From positions 1 to 34,282 of the IMG/VR virus record IMGVR_UViG_3300032331_002510: a stretch of DNA of 34,282 nucleotides. One strand, given 5' to 3'. The translations under genes and the position numbers were made by a program. Shown piece after piece: positions 1 through 8,845 of the stretch (positions within the stretch are counted from its first letter, which is position 1; the number at the start of each line of letters is the position of its first letter). The DNA is from a virus. Its lineage: Duplodnaviria > Caudoviricetes. The notes beneath the pieces were generated by a model that was not told the DNA's origin, searched no databases, and saw only the letters and a program-made list of their open reading frames with translations.

Positions 1-591
1 GGCAAGCGCTTCTGGGCTACGGCCAAGATCGGCGAAGCTGCTCCGGCATCAGTGGCAGACAAGATCGGCGGCTACATCCTGATCAGCTCCTCGGCTGACG
101 GATCGCTGGCCACCGAGGTGCGTAGGACCACTGTTCGTACCGTTTGCAAGAACACCTTGCAGATGGCGCTGGCTGACTCTGCGGCTTCGGTCAAAGTGAC
201 TCACCGCTCGGTGTTCGATCCTGACTCGGTCAAAGAGTTTATGGGCTTGAACACCGCTGCCTGGGATGCCTTCCGTCACACAGTGACACGCTTGGCCAAC
301 ATCGAGTTGCACGAAGAACACGCCGCTGACATCGCGGTCCAGGTCTTCGGTGGCGGTGAGAAGGTTCGCGAGACAGCCGGTTTCAAGAAGGTCATGTCCT
401 TGTTCAACGGCGAAGGCATGGGCGCAATGATGGACGGTGTCTTCGGTACACGTTGGGGCTTCCTCAACGCGGTCACCGAATACGCTGATCACCACGTTCG
501 TGCTCAGACCGATCAGAACCGCTTCGTCGCATCCCAGTGGGGTGCTGGCGCTGCGCTCAAGTCACGCACACTTGACTTGCTAACCGCTTAA
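1..591 (+). CDS. DUF932 / TIGR03299-like phage-plasmid protein (5' truncated)
   Basis: Frame 1 is open from the window start (GKRFWATAKIG...). Motifs SxDGS, RTVCKNTL, HRS and GTRWGFLNAVTEYADH are typical of DUF932. Confidence 0.8.
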   Translation, partial: GKRFWATAKIGEAAPASVADKIGGYILISSSADGSLATEVRRTTVRTVCKNTLQMALADSAASVKVTHRSVFDPDSVKEFMGLNTAAWDAFRHTVTRLANIELHEEHAADIAVQVFGGGEKVRETAGFKKVMSLFNGEGMGAMMDGVFGTRWGFLNAVTEYADHHVRAQTDQNRFVASQWGAGAALKSRTLDLLTA

Positions 592-597
592 TGCGGT

Positions 598-640
598 GGG
601 GGTTTCGGCCCCTTCCAATGCCCGGCGTGCTGGGCATTGG
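598..640 (+). other. Two adjacent intergenic hairpins
   Basis: GGGGT-TTCG-GCCCC at 599-612 and CCAATGCCCGGC-GT-GCTGGGCATTGG at 615-640. Confidence 0.55.
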
Positions 641-689
641 CGGTGTATCCAGGCGACCGATAACAGCTTGGTTTTTTATGGAGTTTTTT

Positions 690-986
690 ATGAATAACGA
701 CAACATCCTTGGTCACATCGTTGACAAACTGGCCCAGGTCAAAGCACAGATCGCCGACCTGAAAATCGACGAACAACTTCTCCGGCAAGACCTGATCGAG
801 TCAGGCGAGTCGGTGATCGAAGGCGTCTACCACAGGGCCGCGATCAGCGAGTCTGAAGGCAAAGTCACCGTCGACTGGAAAGCAATTGCAATGAAGTTTG
901 CGCCCAGTCGGCAATTGATCAAAGCCCACACCAGCCAAGGTGAGAGCTACACCACTGTCCGTATGTCTGCAAGGAAGTCAGTATGA
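690..986 (+). CDS. Hypothetical phage protein (N-terminal coiled coil)
   Basis: GGAG at 680-683 precedes ATG 690 (MNNDNILGHIVDKL...). The stop overlaps the next start (ATGA). Confidence 0.7.
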   Translation: MNNDNILGHIVDKLAQVKAQIADLKIDEQLLRQDLIESGESVIEGVYHRAAISESEGKVTVDWKAIAMKFAPSRQLIKAHTSQGESYTTVRMSARKSV

Positions 987-1519
987 AAAATCTAAACGAC
1001 GCCCTCTTGTTAGCCCTCAAGGCTCACAAGGGTCAAAGACGCAAGGGCACTGCGATCCCCTACATCGCACACCCCTTGGCGGTCACCGCCATTGCCCTGG
1101 AGTACGGTGCCGACGACGAACAGGCCGTTGCAGCAATGCTTCACGACGTGATTGAAGACGGCGGCATGCACTACGCTACTGTGATCAACGGTTACTTCGG
1201 CGACCGGGTTTTCAACATCGTGTCTGCACTGACTAACGTCGGGAAAGGCACTTGGCGTGAAAACAAAGTCGAGTACCTAGGCCGCTTGCGTGATGCAAGC
1301 GACGACGTGCTCCTGGTCGCTGGCGCTGACAAGCTGCACAACGCCCGTTCAATCCTGGCCGACGTACAGGCCCTGGGTGACGCGGCATTCAACAAATTCA
1401 AGGCAGGCAAAGACGACGTGCTCTGGTACTACGTCAGCCTGGCTGGAATATTCACTGTCCGTGACGCGCCCATGGCGTCGGACTTCAACGATATCGTTCA
1501 ACAACTAGGAGAGCTTTAA
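983..1519 (+). CDS. HD-domain small alarmone hydrolase (Mesh1/SpoT hydrolase-like)
   Basis: Motifs AHKGQRRKG-x-PYIAHP, AAMLHDVIED and ADKLHNARS match the RelA/SpoT HD hydrolase domain; no synthetase domain is attached. Confidence 0.9.
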   Translation: MKNLNDALLLALKAHKGQRRKGTAIPYIAHPLAVTAIALEYGADDEQAVAAMLHDVIEDGGMHYATVINGYFGDRVFNIVSALTNVGKGTWRENKVEYLGRLRDASDDVLLVAGADKLHNARSILADVQALGDAAFNKFKAGKDDVLWYYVSLAGIFTVRDAPMASDFNDIVQQLGEL

Positions 1520-1767
1520 TGGTCGCAAACTCAGAAACTCTGCTGCTCGTCACGCTGCCCAGCGCAAACCGGGCCGTGTATTCGGTGCAGCCGCAACACC
1601 TTCCCCGTGAAGGCATCCCAGGGTCCAATGAATGGCCAATTATGTGGGGCCAGCAAATAGCCCATGAGCTGGATGGCATCTGGTATCGGCCAGGAGGCTG
1701 GACCCCGATTGATGACCGCAAAGCAGTGGCTTTGCTCGAACGCTGCCCAATGGGGGTGACGCCATGA
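1519..1767 (+). CDS. Hypothetical protein
   Basis: GGAGAG SD and a TAATG overlap with the upstream gene. Confidence 0.6.
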   Translation: MVANSETLLLVTLPSANRAVYSVQPQHLPREGIPGSNEWPIMWGQQIAHELDGIWYRPGGWTPIDDRKAVALLERCPMGVTP

Positions 1768-1967
1768 TCAAAGTATCTCAAGACTATTCTCTGTACGTAA
1801 ACGTCACGCCGGTCAAGCCTGACAACATGCACCTCAAGATCGAGTCGACAAGACTCGGTGCCAAAAACCCGGATGAGAAACACGTTCTCTATTCGGTCAC
1901 GCTGCCCAGGCAGCAGATGACCGACCTGGGTTTGGCCATACTGGAGCCTTGCTATGACCTTCGATGA
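1764..1967 (+). CDS. Hypothetical protein
   Basis: ATGA coupling within the operon. Confidence 0.6.
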   Translation: MIKVSQDYSLYVNVTPVKPDNMHLKIESTRLGAKNPDEKHVLYSVTLPRQQMTDLGLAILEPCYDLR

Positions 1968-2328
1968 ATTCATCTTCCAAGACTGGACAGACAACGTGCG
2001 ACACAAGCTGCGGGTCGTCGCTGATCGTGACGACGTTCGTTTCCTGGTATCGCACCTGGTGGGCGGCAAGCTCACTGCCGTCGTGTTTACCGAGAAGCCT
2101 GACGTCTGGCCAGACAACCTGGTCGGCGTTTGGTCCAAGCGGGGTGACGACGCGCCCAAGTCAAAGACCATGAAGGCCCTGGACCTGGTGCTCGATGACG
2201 GATTGACTGCATACGCTGCTGCAAAGCAAGTAGGCATCAACCAGTCTGCCGTTCACCGCGCCCTCAAGAGACGCGAAGGCAAAGACCTGTGCCCATCATG
2301 CGGCCAGGTTATCCGAGCTTTCGCATGA
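1954..2328 (+). CDS. HTH DNA-binding protein with C-terminal CxxC
   Basis: TAYAAAKQVGINQSAVHRAL is an HTH; it is followed by CPSCG. GGAG SD present. Confidence 0.7.
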   Translation: MTFDEFIFQDWTDNVRHKLRVVADRDDVRFLVSHLVGGKLTAVVFTEKPDVWPDNLVGVWSKRGDDAPKSKTMKALDLVLDDGLTAYAAAKQVGINQSAVHRALKRREGKDLCPSCGQVIRAFA

Positions 2329-2752
2329 TCAGATTGGCGGTCTCTCTTTCCAGGGCCGCTATCTTTTCGACCAAGGCCAACTCAGCTTCACCGTGAAGCA
2401 CTCGACGACCCGTGCCCCGGCAGTCGTCGCATGCCTGACCATTCAAGACCGGGGCACCATCCATCAATCCAAATCCGCGTCCCAGGCACACCTGGCAGAT
2501 GCTGTCCGATAGATGGTGAAGCACCCTCACAACAAGCATGGCCTCATAACCCATCGCTATCAAACCCTCAGCCACAGACATCACTTGCTTGTCATCTCCG
2601 GCGTAATGCCATCTCCAGATCGACAGACCAAGCGGGTTGCTCTGACCGGCCATCCCACAAGCCCTTATCACGTCAATGTCACCCAGGTCATGCACCAATG
2701 CCTCGCCCAGGTTGCTCGACGTCTGCGCGCTAACAATTCGTTCCCTGCTCAT
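2309..2752 (-). CDS. Zn-finger regulator, antitermination protein Q-like
   Basis: Two CxxCxGxG motifs (CQVCLGRG, CDDCRGTG). It is the last gene of the replication operon, where late regulators usually lie. Confidence 0.55.
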   Translation of the reverse strand: MSRERIVSAQTSSNLGEALVHDLGDIDVIRACGMAGQSNPLGLSIWRWHYAGDDKQVMSVAEGLIAMGYEAMLVVRVLHHLSDSICQVCLGRGFGLMDGAPVLNGQACDDCRGTGRRVLHGEAELALVEKIAALERETANLIMRKLG

Positions 2753-4065
2753 ACCAGTTCCTTTACTGCGTCAATCAAAGTCTGTTGCATGTCGCCTTTG
2801 TTGGCAAGCACGCCCATGATCCGTTCGTCAATCGTACCCACGGCTACCAGGTGATGCACGACAACGCTGTTCTTCTGGCCTGGCCTGTGCAGCCTTGCGT
2901 TGGCCTGCTCGTATAGGTCAAGGCTGTATGGCAGGCCAAACCACACCGCCACGTTCCCGCCCACTTGCAAGCCGTCTACTCCATGGCCACCGCTACCTGG
3001 GTGCATGACCATCAGGCTGATCAATCCAGATTGCCATGCAAGCAGGCTTCGCTCACCGTCAAACTGCACAGCTTGGGGGAATCTCTTTTTGATCCTGTCC
3101 ATGTCATGCACGTATGCGGTAAAGCACAGCACCGGTTCGCCCTGGTCGATGATCTCCTCAAGCGCGTCCAGCTTGGCATCGTGTATGTGATGCACGACCT
3201 TTGCATCGTCGTACACAGCACCGTTGGCCATCTGGCTCAGCTTGCCTGCAAGCACTGCCGTGTTCACCGCCATCACCCTGCCGCTGACCTGGGTCGCTTG
3301 CATCTCGTCGTAACGCTTCCTATCAAAAGCCACCGGCACCACGTTGTCGATCCGATCCGGCATCACTGCACCAGTATCAATGCTCACCATGACATCGCGA
3401 ACCAGGGCCTGGATTTCATCCCTTGCACCTGGCCTGAGCTTCCAGCTAAAGATTGTCTGGCCATTGCGCTTATCAGGCAGATACCACCTGTCTTTATAAC
3501 CAGTGATTCCTTTGCCCAGTCTTTGGCCCCTGTCCATGATGCTGATCTGCGGCCACAGGTCTAACAAATTCCCGTTGGGGTCAGGCGTGCCGGTCAGGAT
3601 GTACAAGCGCTTGATCTTCTGCCTCACCCGCTTGAGCGCCTGCCAGGCCAGGCTGGCCCGGTCCTTGAATCCTTTGTTCTCGTCGATCACCACGCAATCA
3701 AATGGCCACTTGGTGCCCATCTCCCGCACCAGCCAGACAAAATTCTCCCTGTTGATCACGTAGACGTCAGCATCAGCCCGTAGCGCGTCCAAGCGCTTGC
3801 CCTGCGGTCCCAGTACCTTGGACACCCTCAAAGCCGCCAAATGGCCCCATTTGGCAGCCTCTGTGTGCCAAACCAGCTCCGCCACCCTCAGCGGCGCTAC
3901 CACCAGCGTCTTGCTGATCTCAAACCGGTTACGCATCAGGTCGTCAACCGCAGTCAACGTGACCACGGTCTTACCCCCGCCCATCCTCAGCGCGATCAAC
4001 TGGTACGGGTTGTCCAGCATCCGGTCCTGGGCCAGGGCTTGCGCCGGTCTCGGTAAATATTCCAT
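2749..4065 (-). CDS. SNF2-family (SF2) helicase, APSE-like
   Basis: Motifs MGGGKT, VVIDE, LTGTP and QANARLHRPGQ. AAGGAG SD precedes MEYLPRP at 4065. Confidence 0.9.
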   Translation of the reverse strand: MEYLPRPAQALAQDRMLDNPYQLIALRMGGGKTVVTLTAVDDLMRNRFEISKTLVVAPLRVAELVWHTEAAKWGHLAALRVSKVLGPQGKRLDALRADADVYVINRENFVWLVREMGTKWPFDCVVIDENKGFKDRASLAWQALKRVRQKIKRLYILTGTPDPNGNLLDLWPQISIMDRGQRLGKGITGYKDRWYLPDKRNGQTIFSWKLRPGARDEIQALVRDVMVSIDTGAVMPDRIDNVVPVAFDRKRYDEMQATQVSGRVMAVNTAVLAGKLSQMANGAVYDDAKVVHHIHDAKLDALEEIIDQGEPVLCFTAYVHDMDRIKKRFPQAVQFDGERSLLAWQSGLISLMVMHPGSGGHGVDGLQVGGNVAVWFGLPYSLDLYEQANARLHRPGQKNSVVVHHLVAVGTIDERIMGVLANKGDMQQTLIDAVKELV

Positions 4066-4315
4066 CGACTTGCTCCTTTGAATCAATCACCCGGACATCA
4101 GCGCCCAGGTCCCTCAAAATTCCATGCACCCTGTTTTGAAGAACCGTGGGCTTTTGGCCGGGTGCCTTCAGCTCTACCAGGATGATCCTGCCGCCAGGCA
4201 GAAACACGATTCGATCAGGCACTCCGGCAAATCCCGGAGACGTCAACTTGATCGCCAGACCGCCAGCTTGCCTTGCCTTGGCCACCAACCTTTGTTCAAT
4301 CGTTTTTTCCAGCAT
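3971..4315 (-). CDS. VRR-NUC domain nuclease
   Basis: MLEKTIE...GVPDRIV...VELKAPG..PT..Q is the VRR-NUC PD-(D/E)xK signature. Confidence 0.9.
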   Translation of the reverse strand: MLEKTIEQRLVAKARQAGGLAIKLTSPGFAGVPDRIVFLPGGRIILVELKAPGQKPTVLQNRVHGILRDLGADVRVIDSKEQVDGIFTETGASPGPGPDAGQPVPVDRAEDGRG

Positions 4316-4520
4316 GACAGGGTAATAGGGTATTAGGGGCATTGGAGTATTGGACTCCTAATAGGATAATTAGGTAAATTCCCTTTTTCTATTTACACCT
4401 TTACCCCATTAAAGCTAATACTTCTATTACCCTATTACCCTAAATAGTAAATAAGTTAAGTAAATCAAAGAGTTAGGACAGGGTAATAGGGCAGGGTAAT
4501 GCAACATTTTCCAATACCCT
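4316..4520. repeat. Putative replication origin: AGGGTAA(TAGGG) iterons, AT-rich core and IHF site
   Basis: GACAGGGTAATAGGG occurs at 4316-4330 and 4477-4491, with an inverted CCCTATTACCCT at 4430-4441 and further partial copies. AATCAAAGAGTTA at 4463-4475 fits the IHF consensus WATCAANNNNTTR. Confidence 0.65.
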
Positions 4521-6845
4521 TTACCCTAAAAAGTCGTTCACCGCACTCGGAATTGCAAAAAGTACCTTGCCGTTCGACTTTTTTCTCTGACCTCCGTTCA
4601 GCTTTTGCAAAACGCGTGAAGCCGTGATCGTCTGATTTTTGCTCGGCTCCTGCACCTTAATGCGCATCAGCACCTCGGTCGCAGTCGCCCAATCCCAAAC
4701 GGTGACCCCCTCACCCCAACAAAATCCAGCGGCAATGCGCTCGTCAATCGGGTCAACCACGGTGAAATCCTGGTTGTGATCGCCCAACAACCCGGCCTGA
4801 TCCATGGACAAGTACCAGCGCTCACCCGCCCGATACAGCTCCAAGACCTCGGCCCAGACCTGCTGCATGTCCAGTCCCGCGTCCACCGGAAAGCCCACCA
4901 CCGGTATCGTCCAGAAGCGCCGGTTGCCTGTCGGATCGGCCAGGAACACCACGTCATTGACCGATGCGCCGAACACAGTCCTGCGCCCATAGTTGGATTC
5001 TGTAATGGCATATGGACGCCTGATAGTGTCAATCGCCTGAGTCGCAAACGACTTCAAAGCGGACATGTCCGACTTCCTAAACGTCGCGTCCACCTCGCCC
5101 AACTCAACGATCCAGTAGCGAAGCGCGATCAGTTGCGAGTCCTTGGAACGCACGTCAAGCGTGTGGCCTGTATGGATAACCCCCAAACCTTCCGGTGCCA
5201 GCTTGTTAAACCAGGTCGTCTTGCCGATGTTCTGAGCGCCCGTGAATGTCAGGATGCCCTGGGCCGCTATGCCGTCAGGCTCGAACGCAGCCCCAATCGC
5301 CTGGACCAGCCACTTGCGCATCAGAAGCTCTTTCAATCCCTGGTCCATCTGGCCACCGCAGTCCACTGTCGCATAAAAACGCCCCAACCTAGATACGCCG
5401 TCCCAAGCCACAGACTCAATCCATGTGGCCACTGGGTTGTACTGGTTCTGGTCGGCCAGCATCAAAAGGAACTGGGGGACAAACTTGGTCGACATCCGAG
5501 CCTTCTCGCACTCGGACAGGACATATGCGATCGACGCGTTGTCCTTGTTGTCCCTGGTAAATGCCGTATCTGGTATCAGCAGCTCGGTCGCTTTCGAGAT
5601 GACGTTGTAACGCACTATCACATCCAACCGGCCCAAAAGGATCGCCAGGTTCTCCAGTGTGCATAGAGGGTGACCGTCGTCGTTCAGGTGGGGGTACAGG
5701 CTTGCGCCGCTCACCCTGGCCCGAAGCCAGCCCCGCACCGTCGCGATCTCCAGCTTGGTGCCCAGCACCCGGGCGCGTGACTGGATGGCCTGGGCAAACT
5801 GCGCGCGCTCCACGTCCGAGTAGTCGCCGTTGTTTGCGATCGACGCTGCGATCTTCTCTTGCAGGTCGCGTGGGTCGGTCACCGCTTCAATGCGGCCAAG
5901 CAAGTCGGCCATCATCACGTCACGACTCGACCTGGCAGACGATTCCCTTGCGTCCTTGGTCTGCTTGAGAAGCGAAGCCAGGGTGACAGAGCCTTTGCCG
6001 GTGGCGCGCTGAGCGCTAAACGAAGTCCACTTCTGTTCGCAGTAGCCCTCCGCCCACTTGCCGGACAGGGCTGACCACTCATCCCACGCTTGCAGCCAAC
6101 CCTCATCGCCACCGCCCTGATGGTGCATCGCAGCACCGACGCGAAGCCAGTCAGAGTAACCGGCGTCCGGGTCCAGGTGGGGCAGCACCTCAGCCACCAC
6201 CCGGTCCAAGTCCCACTCTTCGATCGGCCCCTTGTAGTTGGCCAAGGCCCTCTCTCCGGCGTCGCCCTCAAGCACGCCCTGGCTCAGGCCCTCGCCCCAC
6301 ACCCGCTCGACCAGCCAGCCAAGGTCCTGCACATCCGCTGGCAGGCGATCATGCCCGTTGATGCCATGGCCAGTCACTGTGAAGTATCGCCCTTCCCGGT
6401 AAAGCTCCAGGCCCACTTCTTTTTTGGTACGTGATCCGTCCAGGTTTGTGCGGCTGAAAATTTTCAGTCCAGTGCCAGACGGGCTAACCTCGGCGTAACC
6501 GTCCACCCGGTCGAGCACTTCCTGAGCAAAGTCTGTCAACTCCCCGCTCTCCGAATCCCGGCAGTCGTCCAGGTCGATGCCTTGCACGTCAGCTCCGAGC
6601 ACCAAGCCGATGCCGTCGAACGTGTCGTCCATGATCAGGGTGTCGACCACGTCGCCGTAAGTCGTCCAGGTCAGTGGGTTTGTGGAGCTGGCCGCACGGC
6701 CCTCCACGGTCATGGGCATCTTGGCCCAGACCTTCTCGCCACTGGGCTTGGCGCGCTGCACGTAGCGCCACATGACCCATGCTTCGATAGCTTTTAACTC
6801 GGGCGCAATGCCCGCCAGCTTAACCGGCAGTGATGTTGGCTTCAT
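4521..6845 (-). CDS. Primase-helicase (AEP primase-polymerase + PriCT-2 + VirE/VapE-like P-loop ATPase)
   Basis: GIDLDDC, EVSPSGTGLKI and YFTVTG (AEP); YSDWLRVGAAMH..WDEWS (PriCT-2); GAQNIGKTT and DPTGNRRFW (VirE-type ATPase). Confidence 0.9.
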   Translation of the reverse strand: MKPTSLPVKLAGIAPELKAIEAWVMWRYVQRAKPSGEKVWAKMPMTVEGRAASSTNPLTWTTYGDVVDTLIMDDTFDGIGLVLGADVQGIDLDDCRDSESGELTDFAQEVLDRVDGYAEVSPSGTGLKIFSRTNLDGSRTKKEVGLELYREGRYFTVTGHGINGHDRLPADVQDLGWLVERVWGEGLSQGVLEGDAGERALANYKGPIEEWDLDRVVAEVLPHLDPDAGYSDWLRVGAAMHHQGGGDEGWLQAWDEWSALSGKWAEGYCEQKWTSFSAQRATGKGSVTLASLLKQTKDARESSARSSRDVMMADLLGRIEAVTDPRDLQEKIAASIANNGDYSDVERAQFAQAIQSRARVLGTKLEIATVRGWLRARVSGASLYPHLNDDGHPLCTLENLAILLGRLDVIVRYNVISKATELLIPDTAFTRDNKDNASIAYVLSECEKARMSTKFVPQFLLMLADQNQYNPVATWIESVAWDGVSRLGRFYATVDCGGQMDQGLKELLMRKWLVQAIGAAFEPDGIAAQGILTFTGAQNIGKTTWFNKLAPEGLGVIHTGHTLDVRSKDSQLIALRYWIVELGEVDATFRKSDMSALKSFATQAIDTIRRPYAITESNYGRRTVFGASVNDVVFLADPTGNRRFWTIPVVGFPVDAGLDMQQVWAEVLELYRAGERWYLSMDQAGLLGDHNQDFTVVDPIDERIAAGFCWGEGVTVWDWATATEVLMRIKVQEPSKNQTITASRVLQKLNGGQRKKSNGKVLFAIPSAVNDFLG

Positions 6846-6848
6846 CGC

Positions 6849-7046
6849 TCACCCCTGTTCGGGTGATGAGCTGTTGGCAACTATGGTGCTTGCCTGGAGT
6901 AGCGCTTTGCGTAAGCCGTTGTAGCTGTCCGACATGACCAGTGCTGCAATCACCGGCCCGGTGTCCTCGGTGGCTAGGTTTGTCTGGGCAACCGCTTCGA
7001 CGCAGTCGTCCAGCAGATCAGCAAAATACTCAATTCTCGATTGCAT
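6849..7046 (-). CDS. Hypothetical protein
   Basis: GGAG SD precedes ATG 7046 (MQSRIEYFADLL...). Confidence 0.6.
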   Translation of the reverse strand: MQSRIEYFADLLDDCVEAVAQTNLATEDTGPVIAALVMSDSYNGLRKALLQASTIVANSSSPEQG

Positions 7047-7096
7047 GGAAAGCTCCAATAAACGCCAGCATCCGGCTGACACGGTGTAAAAAGGTT

Positions 7097-7215
7097 GTTG
7101 GTACTCACTACCGGGAATCCATCCCCCCTGCTTTCCCAACACGGCTGGGGACTGGTATGTGTTCATAGGGGCTTACGCCTTGCTGAACGCTGGTACGCCA
7201 ATCCCCATGCGTGTT
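7097..7215 (-). ncRNA. Candidate structured RNA (long stem plus loop-E-like hairpin)
   Basis: On the minus strand AACACG-CA-TGGGGATTGG pairs with CCAGTCCCCA-GC-CGTGTT. It is followed by GTTGG-GAAA...GAGTA-CCAAC. Confidence 0.5.
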
Positions 7216-7417
7216 AGTTAACCAAAGGCGACGCGTGCATGTGCATCAGCATCGCCTTCTCAATCATATCCTTTGACATCGCCAGCTCTGCCGGGTCAAT
7301 CTCCAAAACAAAGCGCACGTCCTTGGCCAACAAAACAACCTTCTTGCCCTCGAACAGCGCCTCAAGCACGTCCAACGTGAGCGCCAGGCCAAACGTCGTC
7401 ACCGGAACACCGCCCAC
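7214..7417 (-). CDS. Hypothetical protein
   Basis: ORF coupled downstream of the Cro-like gene; start codon uncertain. Confidence 0.5.
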   Translation of the reverse strand: MGGVPVTTFGLALTLDVLEALFEGKKVVLLAKDVRFVLEIDPAELAMSKDMIEKAMLMHMHASPLVN

Positions 7418-7602
7418 TCTACGTCTGGCCTCATCTGCTCTGCGCTAATCTGCACACCCATCGACTTGGCCAGCATCAGCAGGAGCGGCACCCGCTCCAG
7501 GGGAATGCGCTTCCAGTTGGACACCGCCTGGCTACGAATTCCCAGGTGCTGGCTTACCCAGACGGGTCCGCCTAGCATTTTGATGATGTCTTGAGTGGTC
7601 AT
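7399..7602 (-). CDS. Cro/YdaS-like HTH transcriptional regulator
   Basis: MTTQDIIKMLGG...HLGIRSQAVSNWKRIP.ER...EQMRPD is the typical Cro/YdaS pattern. Confidence 0.85.
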   Translation of the reverse strand: MTTQDIIKMLGGPVWVSQHLGIRSQAVSNWKRIPLERVPLLLMLAKSMGVQISAEQMRPDVEWAVFR

Positions 7603-7609
7603 GGTGGGC

Positions 7610-7690
7610 GATGATAGCAGGGATTTCATAGTACGCCACAGCCCGCTAAAACATAGCGCTTGCACGCCAATCGAAAGCTGTGCTATCATC
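7610..7690. promoter_or_regulatory. Divergent promoter pair with identical extended -10 (TGCTATCATC)
   Basis: Rightward: TTGCAC (7660-7665), 18 bp, then TATCAT (7684-7689) with an upstream TG. Leftward: TGCTATCATC (reverse complement of 7610-7619), with TATCAT 8 nt before the Cro ATG. Confidence 0.6.
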
Positions 7691-7726
7691 CGCTCCGCCC
7701 CTAAACCAGTAACAAAGGAAACCAGT

Positions 7727-7960
7727 ATGGCAAAGCCAACCACACCAGCAGAAAAGGCCAAGATCAGAGCATTCATGGCCAACCTCAGAGACCAAAAGCG
7801 CGTACCTGAGCAGCGCGAATTCCCCCAGATCGGGGCCTTTTGCAGCGTCAAAGAGTACGTCGAGCAGTATTTCATAGCCAACAAGCCATGCGGTTACCCG
7901 TCTAGCTGCCGCTATGTCGAAAACTATTTCAACCTTAGCACCGATCCCGTAACCCTGTAA
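7727..7960 (+). CDS. Hypothetical protein
   Basis: AAGGAA SD precedes ATG 7727 (MAKPTTPAEK...). Confidence 0.65.
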   Translation: MAKPTTPAEKAKIRAFMANLRDQKRVPEQREFPQIGAFCSVKEYVEQYFIANKPCGYPSSCRYVENYFNLSTDPVTL

Positions 7961-7974
7961 CCAAAGAAAGAGAG

Positions 7975-8397
7975 ATGGCAATGATCACAGTCACATTTTC
8001 ACCAGAGAACGAGCGCCAAGTCGCCGCGCTCACCCAGGCCATGGTGGCTTACCTTGGCACGCCAGCCGAGGCAAGCTCAGCCGCCCAAGAGCTTGTTGAG
8101 CATTATGCCCTTCCGGCTGTCGTTGCCGCTTGGATGGATGCCACGACCCCCAAAACCGTGGCGCGCAAGCTCAAGAAGCCCGAAGTACCCGCTGTCGAGA
8201 CACCCGCAGCCGAAGCACCCGCAGCCGAAGCACCCACCGTCACCCTGGAGCAAGTCCGCGCCAAGCTGACCGAGTTGAGCCAAGGCGGCAAGAAGGACGA
8301 CATCAAGGTCTTGATCGCCAAATTCGGCGGCACGAAGCTCACCGACTTGAAAGCCGACCAATACGCAGACGTCCTGGCAGCAGCGGAGGCCCTATGA
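7975..8397 (+). CDS. Conserved APSE-like phage protein
   Basis: A Pro/Ala linker (AAEAP repeat) precedes TLEQVRAKL...KFGGTKLTDLKADQY, a family commonly found upstream of DUF2800. Confidence 0.7.
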   Translation: MAMITVTFSPENERQVAALTQAMVAYLGTPAEASSAAQELVEHYALPAVVAAWMDATTPKTVARKLKKPEVPAVETPAAEAPAAEAPTVTLEQVRAKLTELSQGGKKDDIKVLIAKFGGTKLTDLKADQYADVLAAAEAL

Positions 8398-8588
8398 TCA
8401 CAGCGACCATCGTCATCAAAGACATGCCCGACGGTGAGTACACCATCGAAGGTGTCCTGGACCGGCCCGAGGCCCTGGACGAACCGCCTACACCGGCCCT
8501 CATCATCGCGACCTACATCAGCGCCAACATCGCCAAGATCAGCGACGAGGCCATCGCCTGGTACAACACTATGGGAGAAGCAAAATGA
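8394..8588 (+). CDS. Hypothetical protein
   Basis: GGAGG SD; ATGA overlaps at both ends (MITATIVIKD...). Confidence 0.7.
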   Translation: MITATIVIKDMPDGEYTIEGVLDRPEALDEPPTPALIIATYISANIAKISDEAIAWYNTMGEAK

Positions 8589-8845
8589 TTCCAGCCATTG
8601 AAGATATCTTTCACGCCCTGTCGCGCGGCGAAATGACGTTTAATGACGCCGAAAAATACGTGCGTGAGCACATCCGCCTAGCGGCCAACAACGAAGTTGA
8701 ACTGCGCGACATGTTTGCTGCGCACGCTGTGTCAGCGTTTGTTCACCCTGAAGGATGGCAATCAACTGTAGGAGAGATTTCAGAAGACGTTGCCTTTAAT
8801 GCATACGCACTGGCAGACGCCATGTTAGAGCGCCGCAAGTTATGA
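8585..8845 (+). CDS. Conserved phage protein (LRDxFA...AYxxADAML family)
   Basis: Motif LRDMFAAHA...AYALADAMLERR. Confidence 0.7.
   Translation: MIPAIEDIFHALSRGEMTFNDAEKYVREHIRLAANNEVELRDMFAAHAVSAFVHPEGWQSTVGEISEDVAFNAYALADAMLERRKL

Noticed and set aside
3971-4065. 95-nt overlap of VRR-NUC with the helicase as a possible programmed frameshift
   Set aside because: The helicase has its own strong SD and ATG; the VRR-NUC tail is simple run-on.
4776-5666. 296-aa + strand ORF inside the primase-helicase gene
   Set aside because: Antisense shadow over a well-conserved ATPase domain.
8201-8240. Short GCACCCGCAGCCGAA tandem repeat
   Set aside because: It encodes an ordinary Ala/Pro/Glu linker.
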